Source: Candidatus Saccharimonadales bacterium (GTDB lineage Bacteria > Patescibacteriota > Saccharimonadia > Saccharimonadales > UBA10212). Taken from it: a DNA stretch of 64,000 nt. The notes below the pieces were generated by a model, which saw only the letters and a program-made list of their open reading frames with translations, made no database searches and was not told where the DNA came from. This document shows, piece by piece, positions 8,692 to 18,356 of the stretch. Location: the NCBI GenBank assembly GCA_036507655.1, contig DATCIS010000019.1, positions 10,736-74,735 on the forward strand. Reading direction: 5' to 3'. Position 1 is the stretch's first letter, and each line of letters opens with the position of its first letter. The position numbers and the translations under genes were made by a program.

Positions 8692-9237
8692 CTATTTATC
8701 TTCTGTTTTGGCTTCTGTAGCTTTTTCTTCGTGTTTGACGAGCGCTTCTTCAGCTTTGGCTTCTTCTTGGGCCTGCTTTTCGGCTTTTTTGGCCTCTTTT
8801 TCTTCGTGGGCTTTCTCTGCCGCCTCTTTCAGCTTCTCGGCTTCAGCCTCAGCTTCTTCGTCATGAATAATATTAACTTTCTCTTTATCAAAATCAACAC
8901 CCATTAAGCGAGCGCTTTTACCTGTCAACTGGCGCATATACGTCAAATAGTTGCGTCGGACTTTTGCGCGCTTGGTGACCTCGACTTTCAAGACGTTCGG
9001 TGAGTGGATAAAGAAGGTTTTTTCAACGCCGATGCCGCTAGCAATACGCCGCACAGTGAAATTTGAAGTGTGGCTGTTTTTACGAGATGTTCTAATAACT
9101 AAGCCCTCGAAAACCTGGATGCGCTCTTTGCCGCGCTCTTTGATTTTTTGCGAAACTTTAACTGTATCGCCGCTGCGTACATCAACAACGGCCTTCTTCT
9201 TATACTGGGCATTAATTTTCTCTATCACACTCTCCAT
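8692..9237 (-). CDS. rplS: 50S ribosomal protein L19 with E/A/K-rich C-terminal extension
   Basis: GDTVKV..KIKE..KERIQVFEGLVI, FTVRRIASGIGVEK, AKVRR. Confidence 0.96.
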   Translation of the reverse strand: MESVIEKINAQYKKKAVVDVRSGDTVKVSQKIKERGKERIQVFEGLVIRTSRKNSHTSNFTVRRIASGIGVEKTFFIHSPNVLKVEVTKRAKVRRNYLTYMRQLTGKSARLMGVDFDKEKVNIIHDEEAEAEAEKLKEAAEKAHEEKEAKKAEKQAQEEAKAEEALVKHEEKATEAKTEDK

Positions 9238-9265
9238 AGACCAGTGAATTTTACACTATAACTTC

Positions 9266-10864
9266 TTAACCGACAACTCTGTAGACTTCTTCGATGGTCG
9301 TCAGGCCAGCAAGGGCTTTTAGGACACCGTCCTGTTCCATCGTTTGCATACCATCTCTGACGGCCTGTGCCTCAAGCATTTCGGTTGTTACCTCATTCGG
9401 TGGTCGCCGTAATAATTCCTGTACTCCGGGTGTCATTAGAAGCTGCTCACGAATAGGCAATACGCCGGAATAACCAAACGGGTTATCAGCTGAGCTACCG
9501 GCATTGTAGAGAGTAGGGTTTTGCAAGTTCGGCCTTTGCACTTGAGACGGCAGCCGGTCTATGACTGTGAGCAAATGTTTTTTGAGGTTTTCATCGGGTT
9601 GGTAGGGTTGCTTGGTGGCGTCGTCCAACCGCCTAACTAGCCTTTGGGCCATAACTAGTCTCATAGCACTGGCAAACAACGGGTTGATGCCGACCATGTC
9701 CAGCATCCTTGATAAAGCCGCCGCCGCACTGCCGGCGTGGAAAGTCGTCAGCACCAGATGCCCTGTTAGTGCGCCTTGCAGAGCCGTTTTGGCGGTATCC
9801 TTGTCGCGAATTTCGCCAACCATTACTACATCGGGGTCGAGCCTAAGTACCGCCCGCAGCTTCTCGGCAAAACTTTCGGCTTCCAACGCGCCGTGCACCG
9901 GAATTTGGACCACTCCTGGCATGTTGTACTCAACTGGATCCTCCAAAGTTATGATTTTTCGCTCCGGGGTATTAAGCGTATTTAAAATCGAGTAAAGTGT
10001 GGTGGTTTTTCCCGAGCCGGTCGGACCGACGACGATAACCATACCAGTTGGGCGCTTAATAATATCTTGAACGGCCGCCATCTCTGGAGCGCTTAGGCTA
10101 AGGTTCTCGAGTTTGAAAAGTTCAAGTCTGAGGTTGAAAAGGCGCATAACGATGTCCATGCCATAAACGGTCGGAACGGTTTCGACACGCAGGTTGAGTG
10201 CTACTTCTTCGCCAGTGGCCATTTTGTATTGCCGACTGATGTGCCCTTGTTGGGCGTCGTCGGCGTTAGTTGAAACATTAGCCGCGCTGGCTATAGCCGC
10301 CGTTAGGTGACGGTACTTTTCGTGACCAACAAATGCTATTGGGTGCAGCACACCGTCGATGCGGAGGCGGACTCTGATGTTATCTTTTTGAGTTTCCAGA
10401 TGGATGTCGCTGGCTTTGAGCTTGTAAGCCTGCTGGACCAGGTATGCCAGCATGTCATCTGGCCGCACTTCTACTAGAGTTTTGCTGACCGTGTCGATTA
10501 TGTTCTGACGGCCAGCTTCGGCAATTGTTATATCGTGGTATTCAACCTGTTTTGGCGGGTCATAAAGCTGCATGTATTCGCGGAAACCGGCGTCAGATAT
10601 AAGCGAGAACTTGGTTATGTAATCAGTGAACCGGCCCCTGAGTTGATTTATTGTCTGCTGTGGGGTGGTGGTGATGATGCCGAAGTGGATATTGTGCTCA
10701 TCGGCCATCAATGGCACAACCCGCAGGCTGTAGAGCTCAGGCACAGCCAGGATAGTCTTATAAAGCTGTTTTTGCAGTTGCGAGGTGTCAATGTAGTTTA
10801 AGCCGAGAACTTGCGCTCGGCGCTGCGCCATTATTTCTTCGTCACGACGCCCACCCTGATTCAT
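9266..10864 (-). CDS. Type IV pilus/T2SS assembly ATPase (PilB/GspE family)
   Basis: ASDIH, RIDGVL, GPTGSGKTTTLY, TLEDPVEY, LRLDPDVVMVGEIRD, TGHLVLTTFH. Confidence 0.92.
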   Translation of the reverse strand: MNQGGRRDEEIMAQRRAQVLGLNYIDTSQLQKQLYKTILAVPELYSLRVVPLMADEHNIHFGIITTTPQQTINQLRGRFTDYITKFSLISDAGFREYMQLYDPPKQVEYHDITIAEAGRQNIIDTVSKTLVEVRPDDMLAYLVQQAYKLKASDIHLETQKDNIRVRLRIDGVLHPIAFVGHEKYRHLTAAIASAANVSTNADDAQQGHISRQYKMATGEEVALNLRVETVPTVYGMDIVMRLFNLRLELFKLENLSLSAPEMAAVQDIIKRPTGMVIVVGPTGSGKTTTLYSILNTLNTPERKIITLEDPVEYNMPGVVQIPVHGALEAESFAEKLRAVLRLDPDVVMVGEIRDKDTAKTALQGALTGHLVLTTFHAGSAAAALSRMLDMVGINPLFASAMRLVMAQRLVRRLDDATKQPYQPDENLKKHLLTVIDRLPSQVQRPNLQNPTLYNAGSSADNPFGYSGVLPIREQLLMTPGVQELLRRPPNEVTTEMLEAQAVRDGMQTMEQDGVLKALAGLTTIEEVYRVVG

Positions 10865-10891
10865 ACAACCATTAAAGCATAGCCTTTAATG

Positions 10892-10974
10892 AGCTGAAAG
10901 CCGTTAGCTGACAGCCGATAGCCGAAATGATTAAGCTATGAGCCAAAAACTATTAGCTATAAGCTAAAGCTATG
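10892..10974. repeat. Degenerate 7-bp tandem repeat (AGCYNNN, about 12 units) in divergent intergenic region
   Basis: agctgaa agccgtt agctgac agccgat agccgaa atgatta agctatg agccaaa aactatt agctata agctaa agctatg. Confidence 0.9.
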
Positions 10975-11508
10975 CTCCGCATAGTTTTAATAGCGCATAA
11001 CGTACGCTCGGCCCACAATGTCGGCTCAATTCTACGCAGCGCCGACGGTTTTGGTGTGGAGAGGGTTTACCTGACCGGCTTTACGCCGCATCCGCAAACA
11101 AGCGATGATAAAAGGATGCCGCATGTGGCTAAACGAGCGGCGGATCAGATAGCCAAAACCGCTTTGGGGGCCTAAAAAAAACTTAATTGGCAGCACCGTT
11201 CAGATGTCATAAAACTGCTAGCCAAACTGAAAAAAGAGGGATTTTCATTGGCGGCTCTGGAACAAACCGACAAGGCCGTAGCTTTGCCAAATTTCAGTCC
11301 CACTAACGACATGGCCTTGATTGTCGGTAGCGAAATCGCCGGCATTGAGCAAAGCATATTGAATGCCGCTGAAATTCATCTGTCGATACCGATGCTAGGA
11401 AAAAAAGAGTCCTTTAACGTGGCTGTGGCAGCCGCTGTAGCGCTATACTATTTACGATGGTATAATCGTAAGCTGAATGACCGCCAAAATAAAAATGCGC
11501 TCATATAA
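10972..11508 (+). pseudogene. TrmH/SpoU-family RNA methyltransferase interrupted by an in-frame TAA
   Basis: ORFs 10972-11175 ([22 protein letters not shown]) and 11248-11508 (LIVGSE..GI, IPMLGKKESFNVAVA) are in the same frame, separated by one TAA at 11173-11175 where GAA (Glu) is expected. Confidence 0.85.
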
Positions 11509-12538
11509 AACCGGCCATCGCTCACCCCGTAAACCAAAAGGGATAAGCGATAAGGCTTTTAGAAGAGTTTATTGGCCGTACCTACCGGTGGTTCTGATAA
11601 TTGGTGTTCTGCTGTCGTTTAGCTCGCAGGCCGGTGTCTTTTCGGCATTGATTCATCAACCAGGCGGCCGGGTTCTGGCCTACGCCACCAGTATGAGCAG
11701 CGGTGGACTTCAAGGCAGTACAAACAGCGCCAGGGCCCAAAACGGTGTAGCATCGCTACAAATAAACAGCAAGCTGGCGGCTGCCGCTCAGGCCAAAGCT
11801 GACGATATGGCCAGCCGTAATTACTGGAGCCACAACACACCCGAAGGCAACCCCCCTTGGACGTTCGTTACTGCCCAAGGATATAGCTACCAGAAACTCG
11901 GCGAGAACCTGGCCGCCGGTTTTAGTGATGAGCAATCGGCTATTAACGGTTGGATGGGTTCGCCGCCTCATCGAGACAATATGCTTGATTCGGCCTTTTT
12001 GGAGGTTGGCTTCGGCTGGGCCAGCAATCCAAACTACACTTCAGCTGGTGGTGGGCCGATGACGATTGTTGTGGCTTTTTATGGTAAGCCGCAGGTCCTA
12101 TCAAGCCAATCGTCAAACAATTCCACCCCACCGCCATCAGCGTCAGTTAAGTCAACAGCGCCGGCACCAACATCACCGGATATAACAATACAACCGCCAT
12201 CATCAGCGCCGGCCGAAGTTACCGAACCCAAGAATGAGGCTGCTACAGCGTCACCAAACACCGATACGAACATCAATTCATCTCAACTGGCTGGTAAATC
12301 CTCAAGGTTACAGCTTGTCTTAGCTAGCTTCCCAGTGGCTAAATTCGCCACCACATTTGCGCTTTTAGGAGCGGTCGCCGCCATTGCTATATGGCTGGGC
12401 CGACATGCGCTAGCGGTCCGCCGGGCTTTATTTAAAAGCGAGCGTTTTGCAATTAGGCACCCGATTCTAGACTTAGGCCTGCTAATCATCGCGGCGCTAT
12501 CCTACTTACTGACACAAACCGCCGGATTTATCCAATAG
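11477..12538 (+). CDS. CAP/SCP domain membrane protein
   Basis: KL..AAQAKADDM..RNYWSH, GENLA, WMGSPPHRDN; N-terminal TM, S/P/T linker, two C-terminal TMs. Confidence 0.9.
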   Translation: MTAKIKMRSYKTGHRSPRKPKGISDKAFRRVYWPYLPVVLIIGVLLSFSSQAGVFSALIHQPGGRVLAYATSMSSGGLQGSTNSARAQNGVASLQINSKLAAAAQAKADDMASRNYWSHNTPEGNPPWTFVTAQGYSYQKLGENLAAGFSDEQSAINGWMGSPPHRDNMLDSAFLEVGFGWASNPNYTSAGGGPMTIVVAFYGKPQVLSSQSSNNSTPPPSASVKSTAPAPTSPDITIQPPSSAPAEVTEPKNEAATASPNTDTNINSSQLAGKSSRLQLVLASFPVAKFATTFALLGAVAAIAIWLGRHALAVRRALFKSERFAIRHPILDLGLLIIAALSYLLTQTAGFIQ

Positions 12539-12551
12539 CCTCACTCGCACC

Positions 12552-12590
12552 GCCACCCTGCCAGCCAGCTGAGCCGGCTGCACCGGTGGC
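12552..12590. terminator. GC-rich hairpin between the convergent CAP gene and dnaE
   Basis: GCCACC..CAGCC...GGCTG..GGTGGC; no U-tract. Confidence 0.4.
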
Positions 12591-12600
12591 TTATCCAGAC

Positions 12601-15600
12601 CTACTTCACGACTATGTTGGTGGGGCCGAAAATAGCCGCTAAAGCACGCAGACTCTCCTCGTTGACGCTGATAGTTTGGGGTAATTTAATAGCCTGCTTG
12701 GCTTCAGGGTTGCCAGTAACAATGACCACCTCGGTATCACCTTGGAAACTATCCAGCTTATCCTTCAGGTTCATAAGCAGTGGCTGGTCCGAGCTGTTTT
12801 CTAGTCTAATGAATAGGCGCTGGGTAGAATCATTGTTATCACCCTTAGAGTCGGTGCCTTTGGCGGCGTCTTCGGGCGTAAGGATTCGGGCTTCTTCGAC
12901 AATCACTTTCCAATCATCGGTCTCTGAGTTGTCCCTATCACGTGTAGTTAGCCTGCCCTTGGCCAGTACGACATTATCTCTTATCCATAAATGCGGCTTG
13001 GCTTCATAGAATCTCGGGAAAACTATCAATTCTATCTCGCCGCTTAAATCAGCAATTTTAGCAAAAGCCATCTTTGAACCATTCTTAGTAGTTATCTCGC
13101 GGGTACTGGTAATTGAACCGCCCACTGTCACTTCACGCCCGTCCATTTCGGCTTCTAAACTGCCAATTGGTTTGGCCTGCTGGTCGAGCACGTCTGCGTA
13201 GTCATCGAGCGGGTGCTGGCTTAGATATAAACCGAGAAGTTCGCGCTCCCATGACAACTGAATGTTTTGAGAATATGGAACGGCCTCTTCGTCCCAGCGC
13301 ATTTTGAGCGAAGTCGCGGAGTCATCGCCGCCACCACCGAACAAATCAACTTGCCCGCTCAAAGTCTCTTTGCCTAGCCTCTGTGCCAGACTTAAGATGT
13401 TCTCGACATTGTTAAGTAACCGGCTGCGGTCTCCAAGCGAATCAATTGTGCCCGATTTAATCAGGCTCTCCAAAGCCTTGCGATTAACAATATGGGCGTT
13501 GACGTGCCGGCTGAAATCCTCGATTGATTTGAATTTGCCACCTAATTTTTCACGGGCCAGCAGAATTTCCTCGACCGTGCCGTGCCCGACGTTCTTTATG
13601 GCATCCAGTCCGAATCGTATCTGATTTTTACCCGGCACAACAGCGAATTCGTGGAATGATTCGTTTATATCCGGCGGCAGAACTTCAATGCCCATGTGCT
13701 TGCATTCGGTAATTTCAATAGCCAATCGGTCGATATTGTCATAATCACTGGTCATCAGCGCTGCCATAAAGGCCGCTGGATAATGAGCTTTGAGATAAGC
13801 GGTTTGGTAGGCAATCAGGCCATAGCAGGCGGAATGAACCTTATTAAAGCAATAAGCGGCAAACTCCTCTAGCTGGCGCCAGAAACGCTCCATCATCTTA
13901 CGGTCAGCGCCGACGGTTTTAATTCCCCCTTCAATGAAATCCTTCTTCAGCTTAGCCATGACGATTGGATTTTTCTTGCCTATGGCATAGCGTAGTGTAT
14001 CAGCATGGCCACCAGAGAATCCGCACATCTCCATGCTTATCTGCATCACTTGTTCTTGGTAGACAATCACCCCATAGGTATTTTCGAGGGCCGACTTCAT
14101 GGCCGGGTGGAGATATTCGATTTGGCGCTGCCCATGCTTACGAGCGATAAAATCTTCAATCCATTGCATCGGACCGGGGCGGTAGAGTGCAACCATGGCG
14201 ATGATATCTTCAAAAACGGTCGGTTTGAGCTGTTTCAGATACCGCTTCATACCGGCTGATTCAAGTTGAAAAACACCGGTCGTTTCACCTTTTTGCAGCA
14301 ACTCAAAGGTTTTTTTATCGTCAAGTGGAATCTCACCGATATCAATGTTTTTGCCGTAGACCTTCTTAACTATGCGTAGTGTATTTTTAATGATTGTCAG
14401 GTTAGACAAACCCAAGAAGTCCATCTTAAGGAGCCCTAGATCTTCTATCGGGAACATCGAGTACTGGGTAGCGATGGCTCCGCTCTGAGCCACTTCGAGC
14501 GGCACAAAATTAACAATTTCATCAGGTGCAATTACCACTCCGGCGGCATGAACGCCGTGGCTGCGAATAGTGCCCTCAAGCCGCATAGCCAAATCAAAAA
14601 CCTGTCTGGCTCTTCCGTTCTCAGCGTACTCCCGCTTCAAATCGGGTACCTGCTTCAGGTGTTGAGCCAAGGCTGTGTGCCTGCCCTGAACAGGTGGCGG
14701 AATCATTTTGGCTAATCTATCAGCCTCGGCATACGGCACCCGCAGTACCCGGGCGACATCTCTTACGGAGTTGCGTGCTGCCATCTGTCCGAATGTCACA
14801 ATGTTGGCTACCCTGTCGCGGCCATACTTTTCAATACAATAATTTATAACCTCATCACGCCTGTTGTCTTGGATGTCGATATCCATATCGGGCATGCTGA
14901 TGCGATCGGGGTTAAGAAAACGTTCAAAGAGCAGGTCGTATTTTAGTGGCTCGATCTCAGTAATACGCAAGCCGTAGGCCATTATCGAGCTGGCGGCGCT
15001 ACCGCGGCCAGGTCCGAACACTATTCCATGATCTTTCCCCCAATTAATAAAATCAGCCACGATTAGAAAATAGCCATTAAAATCCATGCTATTGACTACT
15101 CCTAGCTCATATTTCGCTCGGTCAATGACCTCCCCCCTTAAAGTCTTCTTGGCATCCGTAACTGTCAGCTTATTGGCCTTTGTACGTGAGACGCCGCCGT
15201 AACGCCACGCCAGACCCCGCCAGACCTCTTTTTCCAATAGGCTACGCTCGGTTTCACCCCTGGGTGTTGGAAACTGTGGGATTAGGATTTTGCCAAGCTC
15301 TAACTCAACGCCGCAGCGCTCAGCAATCTCACGTGTATTTTGTAACAACTCTGGGTGCTGCCTATTCCATCTTCTGATAATGTCTTTGGGGTCGGCCACC
15401 TGTAACTGAAAGTCTTTCAGGCTCATGCGCTCAGTGTCTTCTAAAAATGCTCCGGTTTGAATACAAAGAAGTACCTCGTGAGCTTCCTGATCCTCCTGCA
15501 TTAGATAGTGTGAATCGCAAGTAACGACAGCCGGTATGTTGAGTTCGCTACTTAGTTTGAGAAGGTCCTGGTTGACTCTGGTCTGTTCATCCCAAACATT

Positions 15601-16176
15601 CGGGTGCTCAGCGTGTCCGTGGTCTTGCAGCTCAAGATAATATCGATCGCCAAAAATCTTTTTATACCAGCTGGCAACTTTTTTAGCCTGCTCCAGCCGG
15701 CCGGATCTGAGTGCGTTGCCGAGTTCGCCCTGCAGGCAGCCGGAAAGGACAATAAGGCCTTCGTTATACTTTTCAATCAGTTCTTTATCTACTCTCGGAC
15801 GATAATAAAACCCCGCTAAGTTAGCGATTGAAGACAGACGCATGAGGTTCTGGTAGCCGGCATTATTGCTAGCTAGCATTGTCAGGTGATAAGCTGCCCG
15901 GTCATACGCCGGGTCCTTGTCCTTGTGAGAACGCGGAGCAACATAGGCCTCCATGCCGATTATCGGTTTGATATTGTGGTCTTTGGCGTGTTTATAAAAT
16001 TCAACCGCGCCGCTCATCAATCCGTGATCGGTCATGGCTACCGCCTCCATGCCAAGTTCAACCACTCGCTCCATTAATGCCGGAACTTTAGTCAGACCAT
16101 CCAGCAATGAATACTGAGTATGATTATGTAAGTGAACAAAGTCACTCGGCTTAAGTTTTACCCCCGGCTTGGCCAT
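12601..16176 (-). CDS. dnaE: DNA polymerase III alpha subunit
   Basis: PHP (HLHNHTQYSLLDG, TDHG, CDSHY), GRGS, PDMDID, LKMDFLGL, OB fold. Confidence 0.98.
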   Translation of the reverse strand: MAKPGVKLKPSDFVHLHNHTQYSLLDGLTKVPALMERVVELGMEAVAMTDHGLMSGAVEFYKHAKDHNIKPIIGMEAYVAPRSHKDKDPAYDRAAYHLTMLASNNAGYQNLMRLSSIANLAGFYYRPRVDKELIEKYNEGLIVLSGCLQGELGNALRSGRLEQAKKVASWYKKIFGDRYYLELQDHGHAEHPNVWDEQTRVNQDLLKLSSELNIPAVVTCDSHYLMQEDQEAHEVLLCIQTGAFLEDTERMSLKDFQLQVADPKDIIRRWNRQHPELLQNTREIAERCGVELELGKILIPQFPTPRGETERSLLEKEVWRGLAWRYGGVSRTKANKLTVTDAKKTLRGEVIDRAKYELGVVNSMDFNGYFLIVADFINWGKDHGIVFGPGRGSAASSIMAYGLRITEIEPLKYDLLFERFLNPDRISMPDMDIDIQDNRRDEVINYCIEKYGRDRVANIVTFGQMAARNSVRDVARVLRVPYAEADRLAKMIPPPVQGRHTALAQHLKQVPDLKREYAENGRARQVFDLAMRLEGTIRSHGVHAAGVVIAPDEIVNFVPLEVAQSGAIATQYSMFPIEDLGLLKMDFLGLSNLTIIKNTLRIVKKVYGKNIDIGEIPLDDKKTFELLQKGETTGVFQLESAGMKRYLKQLKPTVFEDIIAMVALYRPGPMQWIEDFIARKHGQRQIEYLHPAMKSALENTYGVIVYQEQVMQISMEMCGFSGGHADTLRYAIGKKNPIVMAKLKKDFIEGGIKTVGADRKMMERFWRQLEEFAAYCFNKVHSACYGLIAYQTAYLKAHYPAAFMAALMTSDYDNIDRLAIEITECKHMGIEVLPPDINESFHEFAVVPGKNQIRFGLDAIKNVGHGTVEEILLAREKLGGKFKSIEDFSRHVNAHIVNRKALESLIKSGTIDSLGDRSRLLNNVENILSLAQRLGKETLSGQVDLFGGGGDDSATSLKMRWDEEAVPYSQNIQLSWERELLGLYLSQHPLDDYADVLDQQAKPIGSLEAEMDGREVTVGGSITSTREITTKNGSKMAFAKIADLSGEIELIVFPRFYEAKPHLWIRDNVVLAKGRLTTRDRDNSETDDWKVIVEEARILTPEDAAKGTDSKGDNNDSTQRLFIRLENSSDQPLLMNLKDKLDSFQGDTEVVIVTGNPEAKQAIKLPQTISVNEESLRALAAIFGPTNIVVK

Positions 16177-16268
16177 TACCTAAATTATAAAGGAGAGGCT
16201 GGTTGGGTTATAGGGTTTTAGACGAAATAACTACAGTCCTACCCGCTAGACCACTATAACGCTCTTTT

Positions 16269-16679
16269 TCAGCTTTTGAAATATTTGCTCAGATTCTTTT
16301 TGGCTTGTTTTGCCTGTTTGATGGCTTTATTCAATTCCGGGTCTTTTGCCTCGCCGGCCTTAAAGGCTTTTAAGACGGCCCCGGACTTGTTCTTGGCATC
16401 TTTGGCTGCGACTACTGCTTCGTTGAATTCCTCGCGGGCTTTGGCGCTTAGTGCCATCGTCTTATCTTTGGCGTCTTTAACAAGTTCGTCAAGTTCATCG
16501 CGCAAGTCTTGCAACTGCTCTGCGGCTTCATCCTTTAACTCTGAGACTTTCTCGGCTAAATCTTCCCTGGTTTCCTGGCCGCTTTTGGGTGCTGTTAAAA
16601 TACCGGTGATGTAACCAACGGCTCCGGCCAGTAAAGCGCCGATAGCTATCTTTCTACCAGTGTGCTGATCTTTGACCAT
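16269..16679 (-). CDS. YtxH domain protein
   Basis: GALLAGAVG..GILTAPKSGQETR signature followed by an amphipathic helix. Confidence 0.85.
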   Translation of the reverse strand: MVKDQHTGRKIAIGALLAGAVGYITGILTAPKSGQETREDLAEKVSELKDEAAEQLQDLRDELDELVKDAKDKTMALSAKAREEFNEAVVAAKDAKNKSGAVLKAFKAGEAKDPELNKAIKQAKQAKKNLSKYFKS

Positions 16680-16682
16680 AAT

Positions 16683-16913
16683 CTAACCCTTTCTACCGCG
16701 CGTGCGCGTGATTATATTTGTTACTAGGCGAACCCACGGCATGGCTGCCGCGCTCCTTCTGAACGCGGTGGCTGCCGATTCCACGCTATCGGCCACGTTA
16801 TCCGCCTTGCGCAGGAATTTAATGAAAAAAATCAACGTAATACTTAGTAGTAATAGAAATACAGCTAATACCGAGCTAACGATGATAAGTAAAACGTTGG
16901 CTGCCGTTTCCAT
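16683..16913 (-). CDS. Small single-TM protein (YtxG/DUF948-like)
   Basis: N-terminal TM plus short helix, directly upstream of a YtxH gene. Confidence 0.6.
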   Translation of the reverse strand: METAANVLLIIVSSVLAVFLLLLSITLIFFIKFLRKADNVADSVESAATAFRRSAAAMPWVRLVTNIITRTRGRKG

Positions 16914-16916
16914 GCG

Positions 16917-18356
16917 TTAATTATACCCCAGATGTTTCTTAATAAGTTTCTCGGCCAGGGCCGGATTGGCTTGGCCGTGGGATTTAGTCATTACCTGGCC
17001 AACCAGAAAACCGATAGCCCTCTCCTGGCCGGCCTTGATGTCTTCGACTACTTTAGGATTTTGGGCGATGACTGCGACTACAACTTTTTCAACTTCTGCT
17101 TCATCCGAGACTTGCAGCAAGTTGAGTTTTTGTGCAATTGTGCGGGGGTCGTCGGTTGTGCTCAATAGCTGCTCAAAGACAGTTCTGGCCGCCGTCGAGC
17201 TGAGCTCGCCTCCATCCACCATTTTAGAAAGAGTTATTAACCGCTCCGAGTCGACTTCCGGTTCGATTTCGCCAGTCATTGCTTCATCGGGCGGTTCGGC
17301 CTGTATAAGCCAAAAGGCTGCTCGCCGAGCGTCTTCTGGCCCGGCGGCCTCCAATACGTCCAGGATTGGCTTAATAATCGATGCTCTATCTAGTATATCT
17401 TCAATTACTTGCGGCTTAATTTCGAGTTTACCGAGTTGGGCACGGGTCTCACCGGGTAACTTGGGTAGTTTAGCTTTAATCCGATCAATAAAAGCGTCAT
17501 CTAGCTCTACCGGCGGTACATCCGGCTCTGGCATATAACGGTAATCCTCAGCTTCCTCTTTAGTCCGCTGGGCAAAGGTTTTTTGTTTGGCTTCGTCCCA
17601 GCCGCGGGTTTCTTGCACTACGCTGCCGCCTTTTTCTAGCACTTCAATCTGGCGCTTGATTTCATAGGCTACGGCCGCTTCAACGCTGCGGAAGCTGTTT
17701 AAGTTTTTGACCTCGCTTCTGGTTCCCAATTTGCCCGGGTCTGAGCTGACGCTAACATTCAGATCAAACCGCATATGCCCGTGATACAAATCTCCATCGG
17801 AGACATCGGCGTACTTCATTAGTAAATATAGCTCGCGGACATAGGCTTTGGCCTCAGCCGGTGAGTGGATGTCTGGCTTACTAACTATTTCCAATAGTGG
17901 CGTTCCGGCCCGGTTGAGGTCAACGAGTGAATAATCAGCACCAGCCGGATGGGTATTCTTGCCGGCATCTTCTTCTAGGTTGGCCCGTTCTATAGCGATA
18001 TTTCTGTCGCGGCCATCAACATCGATTTGAACCTGCCCACCTATAATAATCGGGTCTTCATACTGAGTTATTTGATAGCCTTTGGGCAAATCCGGGTAAA
18101 AATAGTGTTTACGCTCAAATTTGCAGAATTTTTGAGGTCGGGTGCCAAGCGCAAAGGCTGCACACACACATATATTTATTGCTTCGCGGTTTAGAACCGG
18201 TAGGGCGCCTGGCATACCAACGCAAATATGGCTAATCAGAGAGTTTGGCGAGGCGCTTCTGGCATCATTGCCGACTGCCGCGAAGAGCTTAGTTTTGGTC
18301 TTTAGTTGTACATGGGTTTCGATACCAATTGTCGGGGCGTACTTCTCCGAACTCAT
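16917..18356 (-). CDS. gatB: Asp/Glu-tRNA amidotransferase subunit B
   Basis: IGIETHVQL, RKHYFYPDLPKGYQITQ, EEDAGK, DLNRAGTPLLEIV, DYRYMPEPD. Confidence 0.98.
   Translation of the reverse strand: MSSEKYAPTIGIETHVQLKTKTKLFAAVGNDARSASPNSLISHICVGMPGALPVLNREAINICVCAAFALGTRPQKFCKFERKHYFYPDLPKGYQITQYEDPIIIGGQVQIDVDGRDRNIAIERANLEEDAGKNTHPAGADYSLVDLNRAGTPLLEIVSKPDIHSPAEAKAYVRELYLLMKYADVSDGDLYHGHMRFDLNVSVSSDPGKLGTRSEVKNLNSFRSVEAAVAYEIKRQIEVLEKGGSVVQETRGWDEAKQKTFAQRTKEEAEDYRYMPEPDVPPVELDDAFIDRIKAKLPKLPGETRAQLGKLEIKPQVIEDILDRASIIKPILDVLEAAGPEDARRAAFWLIQAEPPDEAMTGEIEPEVDSERLITLSKMVDGGELSSTAARTVFEQLLSTTDDPRTIAQKLNLLQVSDEAEVEKVVVAVIAQNPKVVEDIKAGQERAIGFLVGQVMTKSHGQANPALAEKLIKKHLGYN

Noticed and set aside
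11173-11175. Stop-codon reassignment or alternative genetic code
   Set aside because: TAA, TAG and TGA all terminate conserved genes at expected positions; only one internal stop was seen.
12601-16176. Intein or intron in dnaE
   Set aside because: Length (1191 aa) and motif spacing are normal; no intein splice motifs or LAGLIDADG blocks seen.
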